Positions 15,350-28,669 of a stretch of 64,000 bases of DNA are shown here, one piece after another. The notes under the pieces are model-generated. The model worked only from the letters and a program-made list of their open reading frames with translations, had not been told where the DNA came from and ran no database searches. Origin of the DNA: Tubulanus polymorphus (Eukaryota > Animalia > Nemertea). Position numbers and translations under genes: made by a program. The stretch's first letter is position 1, and every line of letters starts with the position of its first letter. The DNA is taken from NCBI RefSeq assembly GCF_964204645.1, contig NC_134030.1:5808778-5872777 (forward strand). Direction: 5' to 3'.

Positions 15350-18300
15350 AGATTCATATTCTAGTTTAAGTATAGGCCTGCTCCTTACTTTCAATGAAGA
15401 TATCCTCGGTTTTTTTCTATAAGTAGGAGGATTAAGGTTGAATGGAGCGGAGAGAGTTTCTTTCGATGCTCGATCAGGCAGAATCAATGAGTTCGTGTAA
15501 CGGTTTGTTACGTTAGCAGACGATAAGAAGTAAAATCACGCGCATCCGATGGATTACCGTTGTCAAGATATCAACAAACGAAATCAATGTTCGTGTGTTG
15601 TTTGGTTTACATTGGGTAGCATAGCGTGTGGTTTTATCATCATTCATTCTTGATATTGCTAAATAAAAAATTAGCGCTAAATCTGTTTGCATGTCTGGAG
15701 ATTCGACCAGCGCTGATCCAAAGCTAATGAAAACCAATAGGTGTGAGAACCAAACGAATTACGTAACCGAATACTAAGAAACATTAAGACAAAAAAAAAT
15801 TTTGAAGTGAAATTTTGAAGAATTTGAAGTGAATTCCTGGATTTATTTTTTCTTCTGGATTTTTTTGTGACTTTTTCAATTAAATCCTGGGCAACCGTTT
15901 TCTATTTGTGTAAGGATATCTGACACCCGGGGGACACAACAGGCTAAAGAACTTCAATCAAATGATACCATAAAAACTTCGTATGTTTTTCCACGCCTAA
16001 AAGGATTAAGTAGCGAGCTTTGCTAGACACGTTCTTTGATGATTCTTCTCGAAGAGGATAAAAATAGTCATTACTTTATTTCTGTTGTCAACGAAATTAA
16101 GTATATCTTGTAACTGACTTCATGATTAAAAAGGACAAAGGACAAAGCTAACTAGGTGGTGTCTCTCGAAGTAATTGCTGAGACTATCCACCCTCAAAAT
16201 GTGAGAGTTTGCCAGTAATTGAATGAAATGGGTGCAATTTCCTAAACAAAACAAAAATAAACGTCCAATTCGATTTAATGGATACACATCTGTGCATCCT
16301 TGTCGTCATCGCCAATGACACAATATTCATTCTACGCCGAATAATCATTTTAGGGTATGAAACGAAAATAAGATTGATCAAGGGGTAATTAGAAAGGAAA
16401 AGTAATGTAATGGTAACGGCGTTATCCTGCCAAACACACTACACCTAACTTCTAATACTAGCCGTCACTGTCAGCATCGAGTGTAACATTAACGCGTTGT
16501 TAACCACTACTTGGCTTCAAAACCGTTCATTATTGCGAAATGTTCAGCAAATACACGGTATTAACTCTGTCATTGTTTTAGCTCAAATAACCGAAGATCG
16601 CTTGACGTTTTCCTGTCAACGATACGCGCAATCAAATGGTAGGATACGTACTGACATCGCGGCGAACGTTTCAGGTACAGATGACGACGAGTTCTCCGCG
16701 TATTTGACCCGCGAGCCTAAACTATTCATTAATAATCTACCGGGTTTGAACGTATTGATCTGACTGGTCATATCGTCGTCGCCGCCGGTGTCATTACAAA
16801 ATTCCCTCCTGCTCCACGTAAAGATTTGCGCCGAAACCGTATCAAATATTCTCAGATAACGTCATTGATATCCTTTCCTTTTCATCGTCGTCTATACTGA
16901 CGAAAGATTAAGTGAAATACCTTAGGGAACGGTGTGTCCATGGCGCTATGCGATTATGTCGGATGATACCGCGTCTAAATATATAGGTAAAATGGGTGCA
17001 AAAAATGAATCAGAAATTATAGCTCAAACGGACATTGTTCTTGTTATGATGAGGTCGACCGCAATTTTCTACGGATTGAAAAACTGCGACGACAGTGAAA
17101 ACGGATATGAATGTTGATCCCAGTATAATCGCTTTTGACGGGATTCTAATAGGAAAATCAATTACGAACTGTCGCCAAGAACGCACTATGTAATTTAAAC
17201 CCTGTAGCTTCATCCTACATCTCGACGCAATATGCATGTGTCTCGAATTATACCCTAAACCAAATGCCAGCCTATTTTTATGATATTGGGTAGAAAGGGA
17301 ATTGTGTCTCGTAATACCTTTGAATAATTGCTTTTTTCGTTAAAAGTTTCATAGAAGAGTCTAGTCGACACTCCTCATGGGAAATGAAAAATAGAAACGG
17401 CTGCAGCGAGGAATAGTATATGAATACCACGACTTGAATTACACGAACGTATAGAAAATCCCGATTAAAATAACTAATTCATATTGGTTTTTCGGGAATT
17501 ATTCAAGTATATATATGGATTAGAAAAACTAATGTTTGATGAGGATGATTAGAAATATGAAGATAAAGTGGTTAATTCTCTGATGTCTGAAAGGTACATC
17601 CACAGTGCAGGTCTCAGACAGCGTAACAACATACTGGGTTCTATAGACAAGTGATTGTCTGTCTCAATAAAGTTTTGAAAATGGCTCATATAGAGTCAAA
17701 CGTCAGATTCTCTCCTAGAGTTATCCATTTTATTGTGGGGTTTTTCACCGTAAGGTGACATAATCGTACGAACGAGTGTCCACGTAGCTGGTCACGTATT
17801 CACGTCAGAGTTGTCAGTTAGGATTTGACTCTTCAAGTTAGATATTTGAAAAATAACCACATTCAACTCCATGTTTAGATCGTATTCATAATCATAGTGT
17901 TGAGGGCCGTTTCTAAAGTTGCAACAGTCATTGACGCACTACCGCAACTTTAATGATGCGTTTAGTCATTTTTTTTTTGTAAACAAGCACCTGGATCGCG
18001 AAGACTTATACGCGTTAACGATAATTTGACACGTAGCAATAAATATCTGAAAAGTGCCTTAAGGCCGTCTTGAAAAGAATTTTAGTCGTGTAAATTTACT
18101 GAACATCGCAGCAAAAACATACGCGAAAGTTGTAACAACAAATAATTTTCCAGTTAAAAATGTGAGCATATTTCTACAACTCCCGAGGACTAGAATTCTA
18201 TTTTAAAGCTATGTGATAAATTATGTGAATATGTGTGTAGCGTGCTAGGTGATAAATACGAGCCCATCTGATTAGCACCTTATAACATGCAATAGCTATT

Positions 18301-20027
18301 TTTGATGGGTGCAGCATCCATTTGCTTGACCACACGCGTTGTCAACGTCCCCAGCTTCATTATCATATATTGAATTATGAATTTGTGTTTCATTTTAGTC
18401 GAGATCGACACTAACGCTTGCATTCTTACAAGACAGAAGAATTTTCCTCGACGAATCGGGTGAGTTTTTTGCGCATATCGAGTAGTATAAGTCATGGATT
18501 AGTGTATTTTGTAAATAAGCATCCAAATCAATGGTATTGTTTCTGACGTAATCTGTCATATTTCGTTTTCAACATGTAGATATATTTTACCATAAGAAAA
18601 TCTAAGTTCCCTACGCCATCTTAACGAGAACCTTATTTTCCATTCACTCATAATCCATCCCGTATGTCCAGTTCCACTGTTGTAAGTTTGAGTCTTAGAA
18701 TTATATGATGTTAGAGTAGTTGAAGACTAAGCGATCAAATCTAACTCACAAAGTGTGGAACTATGGGTTCGGGCTAAAGGCCTTCTTATTCACGATTGTA
18801 CGTCGAGTTTAACTAATAGTTCAAATGCTGTAACAAAATGAGATGTATCAATTCATTAGTAAAAACTAAAACTTTTGCTTGGCGTCAAAATATCATGAGG
18901 GTCAATGCGGATAGTATTGTAGTTGCTGTGTATCGTGATTGAATCCGGTGCAAACTTTGGATTCGAGCCAGACGCACACACAACAGTTGGAAATCCATTC
19001 CTTTGTTCCGCAGTGTTCAGCACTAGAAAACATTCATGAAAATAAATTTAATCAACATTTTGCGAAACCTCAAATTCAGTTCGAGTCCAGCCACTAGGGT
19101 ATTGTTAGTACGCGCGCATATTATAGAAACATGCTTAGATCATAATTTCGTTTATATGCGGAAAAATATAAAGTTATTATTGATATTTGTACGACTGTCT
19201 GTGCGCCCGGCTCAATAAAAGCTAAGTTGTGTTTACGCCTACCAGAGTGGGCTCGACATCTATTGTCGCAAGTGAATCATATCTTACGGAAATACCCTAA
19301 GGTTGGTCAATTCGAATGTTTGATGATATATCAGTTTGTCTGAAAAATCATGAGAAATGCTTTTGTCTGTAGACACTACGCAAGAAATTGATTTTGCCAA
19401 AAGAAAGTAAACAGACTTTTCGAAATACGTATGAACAAGTTGCATGTGATTTGTGAAGATGTATAAATCTTAAGCTAAGAACCTTGTTGATCATTTCAAT
19501 GCTTCGAAATTTCAACGTATCGTACGTATCGTAATATGAAAGTTAAACGAGAAATACCTGGAAGGTGAAGTTTGACTTGAATTCTACGGAGTGAAGGTGA
19601 ACCAGTTAAGAGATCAAATGAGTATCAAGAACTCTGATAAACATGATAATAAGGACAAGGCTAGAGGTAAATGGCCTCACAGTAAAAATGTCAGTCTCAG
19701 TGACGTAAATAATTACTCAGCTAGTACTAGTGTTCATTGGATCTCTAAACAGGGAACAGAAACGACGTAGAATTAATTCCATATACTCGTCAAACCGAAG
19801 ATTCAGTTAGATCGATCTTGATACGATGTATGTGGACTACCCTAATGAGTAGTCGTATTACATTATTTTAAGTGATTCTTTTCTTTGTAGAAATTCGTCG
19901 ACATGGTGAAATGTGGATGATGTGATCGACCCGTATAGTCAGAGTTTGGTCGTTACTGCCAGGCGAAAATAGGACATACTTTAAAGTTTCAACGCATTTC
20001 TAAAAAACGGACACAGCCTCGCGAACC

Positions 20028-21206
20028 ATGAGTAACGCGGAGGGTGTGACCGAAGGGTTTACTGTGGCCAGAAATTCTAACGAACATAATAACTTGGGTG
20101 TCAGTAACTCGTGTCTGATGGAATTGCCGGCGTTTGGCAATCTGATCAACTACAGAATCGTACTGAATGGCTACCTGACTCCTATCGTAATATTGTTTAC
20201 AATAATCACAAACAGCTTAGTATGTCTCGTACTCCTGAAGCCGCACATGCGATCACCGACGAATATGTTGCTTGTGGCGATGGCCATGTCGGACACGTTT
20301 ACCGGCGTGTTTCCCTCGCCGGCGTTCGTTTATTTCTACATGTTTGGGCACCATAAACAATACGTACCGTACGAGTGGTGTATGGTGAACGAGTATATAA
20401 CAGGAGGAATACCAACTATATTTCACACCGCGTCCATTTGGCTGACCGTCGCGCTGGCCGTGCAACGTTATATATATGTGTGTCATACGTTAGCCGCACG
20501 GCGATGGTGCACCGTACAGACCGCCGTCATCGGTACTTTTATCATTTACATAGCTTCGACGATATGTCATTTAAGTAAATTCGTCGACACCTACTTCGAA
20601 CCGATGGACTGTCCGAGCGTCGTCGATAACTATACATTGACAACGACGTGTTTGCCCGTAAAACGGGACTTCTTCGAAGAGAACGCCGTAGTATTTTATA
20701 ACGTTTACTTGTGGTTCCGAATTATTTTTATACACTTCATCCCTTGTACCTCTCTCATCATACTGAACGCGTTGCTTATAAAAACGATGCGGGATGCTAA
20801 GCGCCGCCGCATGCAGCTGTTACGTCAGAACAAAAAAAGCGAATGCAAGAAAATCCAAGACAGCAACTGTACGACTTTGATGTTGGTCGCTGTCGTTGGC
20901 GTATTTCTTGTCGTAGAATTACCGTCTGGTATTGTGATAATGATATGGGTTATTGATGAAACTTATATGTTACAGATTTTAACTGAAAATTCCATCGGCT
21001 TGTTATCATTGTTCACCAACTTTTGTATACTGGTCTCATATCCGGTGAATTTTTTTATTTACGCCGGAATGAGCAAGCAGTTTCGCGACACGTTCAAGCG
21101 CTTGTTCGTCAAAGGACCGATGCCACTGGACCGCGAGCATTCGCAATACATGTCCCTTGCTACGGAAAACGGCCGGACTTGCGTCACCAACGAAACGACA
21201 ATTTAA
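20028..21206 (+). CDS. SPR: Class A neuropeptide GPCR, sex peptide receptor / myoinhibitory peptide (MIP, allatostatin-B) receptor-like; 392 aa, single coding exon
   Basis: Seven hydrophobic segments. Motifs MRSPTN, HTASIWLTVALAVQRYIYVCH (QRY in place of DRY) and SYPVNFFIYAGMSKQFRDTF match the SPR/MIP-R family. A splice acceptor TTTTCTTTGTAG ending at 19890 implies an upstream non-coding exon. Confidence 0.9.
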   Translation: MSNAEGVTEGFTVARNSNEHNNLGVSNSCLMELPAFGNLINYRIVLNGYLTPIVILFTIITNSLVCLVLLKPHMRSPTNMLLVAMAMSDTFTGVFPSPAFVYFYMFGHHKQYVPYEWCMVNEYITGGIPTIFHTASIWLTVALAVQRYIYVCHTLAARRWCTVQTAVIGTFIIYIASTICHLSKFVDTYFEPMDCPSVVDNYTLTTTCLPVKRDFFEENAVVFYNVYLWFRIIFIHFIPCTSLIILNALLIKTMRDAKRRRMQLLRQNKKSECKKIQDSNCTTLMLVAVVGVFLVVELPSGIVIMIWVIDETYMLQILTENSIGLLSLFTNFCILVSYPVNFFIYAGMSKQFRDTFKRLFVKGPMPLDREHSQYMSLATENGRTCVTNETTI

Positions 21207-24200
21207 AAAAAAAGGAAAGAAACACAAAATAAAACTACCGTATAGGGTCGATTTTTATATGTTATCCACGATAACAATCTTCAGAGTTTCAGATGCTGAT
21301 TGGTAAGAAAAGTAGACGACACTTTTTCATCATGTTTAGCACGCACCTGGTGAGCCAGAAGAGTAGACTTTTGATCATCGCTAACGCCGTTTTGAAAAGT
21401 ACATCTGCTGCCCATTTTTGGCGTGGGTGTGTTGATACTGCGTGTTGTTTAAAGTAGTTAAGGATGGGTAGATGAAAATAGTATTGTTATAAAAAAGCTA
21501 TAATCCCGAAAGAGTATATATAAAAATGTTATTAATGATATGAAAGTAGTATATATTTATTTAGATCCATCAGTGCCAGTTTCATGCTTGTGAATATAAT
21601 GAGAAATCTCGCAACGTTGTGTGTGTGCATGTATGTAGCAAAAATACACTATCCATAAATTTGAACAGCCAAATTCAGAAACATTGAGTAACGGGACACC
21701 CGCGATTTAAGTTGAAAATCTAGAATTATATTTTTTTGAAAACATAGGTTGAATAGTCTAGAAAATGACGAATATTATAGTGGGTTTTCTTATTGTCTGA
21801 ATACCATAATTAGTTTTTTGTTATTAGACGATCCTGTTCCGCAGTTCGTGAGTTATAGCTAACGGATAGTTAATTTTCGATGAGTTTATTCTAAGCCTGA
21901 ATTCAGAACTGTGGAACTGGATCGAGAATGATAAGTTCGCATGTACATATTGATTATTATGAGCTTCGAGCGAACGAAAACATGAACGATTTTGTTTCAG
22001 GAACTTTAGTTTAGGCAAGTGCTGTATCTCCGCGAAAACGTCTTCCGTGTAGATGAAGATATGAAAAGGTCTGTCATGTCGGATTGCGTGCAGACATATT
22101 TACTGTCAGGAAAATTTCCCCTGAGAAATGCCGCGAACTTGATCGGTTTTAACATGTTAGACTTTATCGTGAAAGTTGATTCTGTAAGTTAGCGCAAACT
22201 CTCAAACATGTGTGTGCCTCCCTCTTTCTCATCTGTAGCATGTTCATCCCTTTATATTGTTAAGACGCGAACGGTCTTTGTTATGTGTACATAATTGATT
22301 GTACAAAAAAAATCCGAGGTAAATATCGGCATGTCGGTGTGGTGGTTAACGCGACGATGGCGTCACAAAAAATAATCACCGCCAATTTACGCCAAATTCC
22401 CTGCTGACTGTGACTGGACGGTCGCTCTGCGGTCGAATTCGTAGTATTTTGTAACTCGTGCGCACGCACGTTGACGTGTTTAGCGTGAGTGATGGATGAC
22501 ATTTGCTGGTAAAAAATATGCTCGATTGCTGATGAAGATTGATAAACCTCATTGATCTGTTGATTAGTTAGAATATTGTGCAAAACATTGATCGAACGCC
22601 GTACGATCGATGACCGTGAGCGTACTTCCGGGCGAAATTAATTAGCGGCAGACTTGGGATTTCTGTTTGGCTGTATGGGAACTTCTTGATTTTTTCTCAA
22701 GAGCGTGATTTGGTTTGCAGACAATGTCAGCGCTGCTTGTTTGTTGAGTTACATGTTGTTCGAATGTATAGACTGAAGAACTGCTTATTGTGGAATGAGA
22801 AATTCGCGACGAATGTGAATGAATAAACGAATGAATTGCTGTTGAATGAATGGAGTGTGATATTACGGAATGTACTTGGTATCTCGTCAGCCCGTCATTG
22901 TTCGAGGTTCCGACAAACTTTATCATTACATAGCCCTAACATTGAAAACATATCTTTACGCTTACTAAAGTACAGGCGTCATTTATAGGGTTTTTTCACC
23001 GAAAACGTCATTTTAAATCCTTCGAATTCATTATGTTGGTGATTGATCAAATATGAATGACCAAATATACGACGTTAATCGAAAAATAGATATCTTATTT
23101 CACAAAGTAAGTTTGTTTTATAGTTGAATAGAATGAATGAATTATGTACGACGGATTTAAGCTGATTATACGTTGTTTGTGATGTTTGTTAATGATTAAC
23201 GAATCTCTGATAGTCTGTTCGAATTGATTGGGTAGATGTTGACAGGTGGTGACAACGAGAGTGAGTGAGTGCTTGATTTATGATGTTAGCAGTACGCCTG
23301 TCTGTTTGGGTCTGTACATTTGAAACTTTCAGACCAGTATGTCGGACTTCCGTGTGCCTTTATGTCATCTAAGGTTAATTAACGTATGGTGTTTGCCTAC
23401 CCATCCTAATTCGATTTTTAAAAAAAACTAAATTTCCGGTGATATCATCAGAAACCCAGCAGATTAATTAAATTTGCTGATGCAAATAAACTGCTAAACT
23501 ACTGGAAGTGCTTCTTTAAGATACGGTTTAGCTCTTCTGAAACGACGCCCTGGAAAATGGTGCTTAATGTTGTGTAAGTGTGTATCATTATCGTAATCAT
23601 ATTTTCTCAAGCGGCTTCGATTTTTCAAGTCGATTCTTTGAGATGCGCCTCCCTTGGATCGAATTTTGCAACTGGCTCCAGAAAACACGAAAACCCTTGG
23701 AAATAACTTATAATGCAGTAGGATTTTATGCAGTTAATCCTTTCATTCAAACCCACCGTGAAACAAAGAATTCGTTTCATGACTATATGGCTTCCATGCA
23801 TTTAAGTAAGTTTTTCAAACTTTATGTTTGTTTAAAATGAATCCATTGAGTATGTATCTGTGCGTGTGTGTGCGTGTGCGAGTGAGTGGAAATATGATTC
23901 AGTAATAAGTTTCAGGTGTTTGACCATGTTAAAATTGACTTGATGCCTGCAAAATGTTTGATTGCTTTAAGAATGAATGTATAAAGATGCTGTGGTGAGT
24001 GGTGTGTGGAGCTAAGCGTCTATATACAACGAAATTATATGAAGATTCTGTATGAAAGAATTTCTTTTTTGTGCGAATGGAACTGGACCTTTGACTGTAG
24101 GTCACCCGAATGATTGATGGATGGATTTACGCGTGATTTCAAAGTAGCCAGAGTTATTCATGTCTGACCAGATCTGACCAGTTAAAAAGTTGCATTTCCT

Positions 24201-26159
24201 GCGTAGTCAACCGGTGTTTTGGAACTTACCAACGTGGACGCTGGTCCGTCATTTCTAGACAAACTTATTTCGTAACCCATTTTAATGTTTTGACGGTCAA
24301 ACCAGCAGAAATGATTCTGTTCAGATTGAAAAAGAAAATCAACGAAAAATAATTCAATTCGGTTTTACATTTCATCGATAAATGTCGCTTAGTTCTCAAG
24401 GATTGAAAAGCTTTCCTTATCTCGTCAACGAGTGTCCTACACTGACTGCCGACCGACCGAATCAGAAAATTTCGCATTGTAAATTTGATGTGTCAAGGGC
24501 TCTTAAAGTCTTCACGTTTCCGCTATTTCTACGGCGAATGCTGATATCGACCTCCATTTGTGAAGTTGTCTTCCCGGTTTTGTTAACGTTGTTCACACTC
24601 GACGAGATGTAAAAACTTCCCCCGCGCGGTGATTTTTGATAAGATGAAAATGACTCGAATCTAATTACATGCTTATATAGTTATTTAAATTGTCATTCAT
24701 ATTCGATGTTCATATATTAATGATATAATGATGATTATAATGGTGTTCATGAAAAAAGGCAATCTAGCTTATGTTGCCGAAAAACCGTGGCCTGCTCGCT
24801 AAAAGGCTGTTTGAATATTCCAACGGGAGATCGATGAGAATATTTCTACGGGTTTGTAAAACGTCGATTTGTTTTGCAGCTGAAGTTCAAACAGCCTTTG
24901 GGCAACAGGTCGGCGATGTATTTTACTATACGATGTTCGGTTATACGGGGGTCTATTCGAGAAGCCAGCGCTTATAACGGGTTCAAATAATATAATGAAT
25001 ATTAATTATTCATCCCGATACAGCCAGCTATCGAATATATAAATCAATGTGTCTATCAATTCTAAAAAATGCTGTTGTATTTGATTGCAGTTCAGGTGGT
25101 ATACTCCTAAGTTCGCTAATATGTTATGTTTCTAAGTAATCTGACTGTATCACGGAATGCTACCGACAGAACGATATTGTTTTTATTTCGTTGTATATTC
25201 TGGCAATACTTGGGTAGCGTAACCGGTGTACATAGATTCGTTGGAGCACATTTTTGAATATTCGTGTTCGAAGTGTATAAAGCAAACAGCACGCGTTTTC
25301 AATAAGGCTTGACATTTTTTTCGCATATGTTACAGGCCATTTTTAACATAGGTAGGCAATGAGACCAACATGAGCGATTGTTCTTTGACCCTGAAAAAAT
25401 TTGAATTAAATTTAAAGCGTTAATATTTTGCGATGTTAATATTTTTCGATTACGATCCGAACATTTCAATAAAATTCAACTTTCCTCCCAGGTTGAGATG
25501 ATCGAAGACACTCAATTTCGACCAATGTTATATATATGCCTTCTTTGACTGATATGTTTCTCAGAATTCAGTCCCAAAACCTGTTTGCCAATTCATAAAT
25601 TCAGGCACAAATCGTTAATTCTAGTCACAAAATCCATATTTCCCTTCATTGTTGTGTCGGTGGCACCCCCGTGTCCCTCCTCTCTCCTGAAGCTTCACCT
25701 GACTTGATTGTGAAATGAAAATTTACAAAAAAAAAACAACGTCGCTTTAATGTACAATTTATACTGCGATATTAATATATATAAATATATGTTATAAAAA
25801 GAATGTATGCATGCAATTTTCGAATAAAATGACGGCGGTGTGAAATCTATATGCATTATTCTGTTATTTCATTTTTGACAGCGATTGATTTACTTGTCGG
25901 ATGCGGATATTTTTCCTTTCGAGTAGATTGGCAGCGTTTAATTTACTTGTCAAATCTAGAAAAAAAAATCCCCACGCGTAACGAAGTCGATTTTCTCTTT
26001 TTTTGTTTCAAATCTCGAGTGAATGTTGATGGGAATCGATTCTATTTATTAGTCAGAATTTGACAGCGCTGACGAATTGAGCCACAACGTGTCCAAGATA
26101 AAAGCCCGATTTTTACATAAATACGTGATGAACGGATTAAAGTGAGGAGTCAGTGCCGC

Positions 26160-26235
26160 TATAAAACATCCTCGCTTGCCAGGGATTATTCAACTTCTGT
26201 CGAGTTGAACGTGACGACCAGTGAGGTAAGGTAAG
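26160..26235 (+). promoter_or_regulatory. Candidate TATA box and short non-coding first exon of the MS4A-like gene
   Basis: TATAAAA at 26160-26166 and tandem donors GAG|GTAAG|GTAAG at 26226 and 26231. The MS4A-like coding exon has an acceptor at 28094 that needs an upstream donor. Confidence 0.5.
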
Positions 26236-26287
26236 CCACACTCAGACGTATTAAAACACTCGGAATTAAAACCCAATCGAAACAAAT

Positions 26288-26634
26288 CTAAAAGATTAGA
26301 AACGAAACGTATTCATCAAGAATAAAAATTAAAACGATTAAAGGACACGATATTTCGTTTCTAGAAGTCGAATAAAACGCTCGAATCCGCGTAAATTGTA
26401 GATGGATTAAGAAGTCCCACAGGAATCTGATACAATTTTTAAAACGCTTCGGCTGTTGACTAACAGCCATCGTCAGGTGGAATGATCAGAAAAATAAATG
26501 CCTGCTATTTCTGGTTCTGGTCATTCCACCTGATGATCGCTGATCTAAAACAGTCGAAACGTCATCTTAATAAATTCCATCGTATAAAATTTCATCGTGG
26601 GACATCTTAATTCAATTTCGTTTCTAATCTTTTA
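26288..26634. mobile_element. Imperfect inverted repeat made of two Penelope-like terminal fragments with hammerhead-like cores
   Basis: CATCGTCAGGTGGAATGATCAGAA pairs with TTCTGGTCATTCCACCTGATGAT. Outer TAAAAGATTAGAAACGAAA pairs with TTTCGTTTCTAATCTTTTA. CTGATGA...GAAACG on + (26530-26561) and CTGACGA-stem-GAAGCG on - (26476-26445). Confidence 0.55.
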
Positions 26635-28108
26635 TATTTGTACCGATTAACAGTTTTACAAAAATTCGACCACGCGAAATTACCACCGCAAGCATTCAAA
26701 AATGAATAAGATATCAATACGACTGCGGCCTTTAATACGCGACACTATCGATGTTAAATACCACGTTTAGAATTATCAAAATTGATCAATTAACAATTTA
26801 TTTCTACAATGGGAGACCCTCTGACAGTCGTCTCGCTATATGTCACAACGAAAATTAATTAGTCTATATGCCGCTACGTGTCGCATAAACATGTCGCATA
26901 TCATTTGACAATCCGCCGCCATTTTAACGCGTCATCATCGGGTGGCGCACGACTATCGAACGACAAAGGAACGCCGAGGAATTTATGTAGGCGCGACATA
27001 CACAGGGGCCATTGTCGTGCATATTTGACCCATTTCGTAAACTCAAATAAAAGCCGAACGACGGTACGTAGGGTATACCAATACACGGTATCTCCATTAT
27101 TTGTACACGGTTCATAAATGTGGTGATAAGGATTTTGTTATCTCTAGAACCCTTCGATTCGCGGACATGTTGTAAATTGCGTATATATACATATGTACTA
27201 ATCGTATGCTCACGGTGTACGTAGTTATAAATACGGCAAGCCTGGTCAGGATTTTAAACCATTCGGGTAATCAAAAAGGTAGCTATAATCTACGCACTTT
27301 GTATTATGTATGTAAATTAATCCACGTTTGCATCCCGGGTCACACTCAACGGTTTCCAAGGGAGAAGATTGAAGAATGACTCACTTAAATGCCGCGTCAG
27401 TGATGGGACCAAACCCATTTCAAATAACTCCTTCATCACGGAATTATAATAGAACATACGTAAAGTTTAGGTATTAACTAAGGAGTTGGAATCTATATGA
27501 AAATTTATGTAACAGGGTTCTTATCAGGGAATATCAGGTAATTTTTGATATTTTTTCATGCAGGAAACTGATTTTTGTTGTTAGAAAATCTGGGGAATTT
27601 GAATTGGTTGGTGTCGTGTGTTCTTGCTCATGACGAGCACAAGAAACCTCTTTATGAGGAATAGCTGCAATTGAGTATGCCTTATGATATGATCAGCGGA
27701 ATTGTTGTCAGGGGTCGATACAAGGGTCAGGGAAATATCGGAGAATTTTGCACCCCCTGAAGAATCCTGATTTTCGAAAAGCAATAGTATCTGAATATTT
27801 CCTGTCGGTGCACTAATGAGGTGACATGTATAGACTCAAGACACATTCTAACCTGTTTTTTTTTTTCATTCATTGAACTGAAGAATATTGGCAACAGACG
27901 TAGGTATTTCATGAATAATAGATCTCCGTAAGCCGCATAGTTCGTTAAACAATGAGTGTCATTAGAGAAAGAATTATACACGGTTGAAGAATGTTTTGAC
28001 TTCCGTCGTCGTATATCGTTAAACTAACTAGGTACGAACTAATGTATGCAAAGGAGGGTTCAACTTTCACCGCTAAGTTTGCTCTATTTTTCAGGAAAGC
28101 AAGTCACC

Positions 28109-28669
28109 ATGGGACGCAACGCGTTTATCATAATTTTTGGACTGCTGGAGGTTATGTTCGGAATGCTTTCAATCGTCGCCGGAGCCGTGGAAATTGTGGT
28201 CTACCAATTTAATTATTACGGAGCATTCGAGTTTTGGGCGGGTATTTGTGATATCGTTGTGGGTGCATTCTGCGTGTATGCCGCCTGCCGGGTCAAGAGA
28301 ACGCCTGCTGGTATAGCGATGGGTCTGAGTATCGTTCTCGCCGTCCTCTCCATTGCAGCCGTCGTTTTGGGCTCGTTGTATTTCTATTTCCGAATGCGAA
28401 ACGCGAAAGGTTATTGTGACTCGTTGGATTATTACCAAAACTATCAAACCGGGGTCAGCTCCCGTAGCCTGAAAAAATGCGAGGAGTTCTACGTGGCGTA
28501 CGGTATGTTGGTTATGGCCATGTGCCTAGCGGTTATAGTATTCATCATGTGCATCGTACAAGCGGGCTTCTTGTACGCCTGGAGGAAAGCAATGAACCGT
28601 GAAAGGCAATCGAACAATCAACGTCCGCACAAATTCGGCATCAGTAGCATTCAAGATACGAAAGCCTAA
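28109..28669 (+). CDS. Four-transmembrane MS4A/CD20-like protein, 186 aa
   Basis: Acceptor TATTTTTCAG ends at 28094 and CACCATGG (good Kozak context) gives ATG 28109, so the ORF-track start at 28046 is probably intronic. Four hydrophobic helices, a FWAG motif in TM2 and a Cys pair in the TM3-TM4 loop. Confidence 0.7.
   Translation: MGRNAFIIIFGLLEVMFGMLSIVAGAVEIVVYQFNYYGAFEFWAGICDIVVGAFCVYAACRVKRTPAGIAMGLSIVLAVLSIAAVVLGSLYFYFRMRNAKGYCDSLDYYQNYQTGVSSRSLKKCEEFYVAYGMLVMAMCLAVIVFIMCIVQAGFLYAWRKAMNRERQSNNQRPHKFGISSIQDTKA

Noticed and set aside
1-19890. About 40 short ORFs of 60-118 aa
   Set aside because: No recognisable domains or consistent exon chains, and many use non-ATG starts. Expected by chance.
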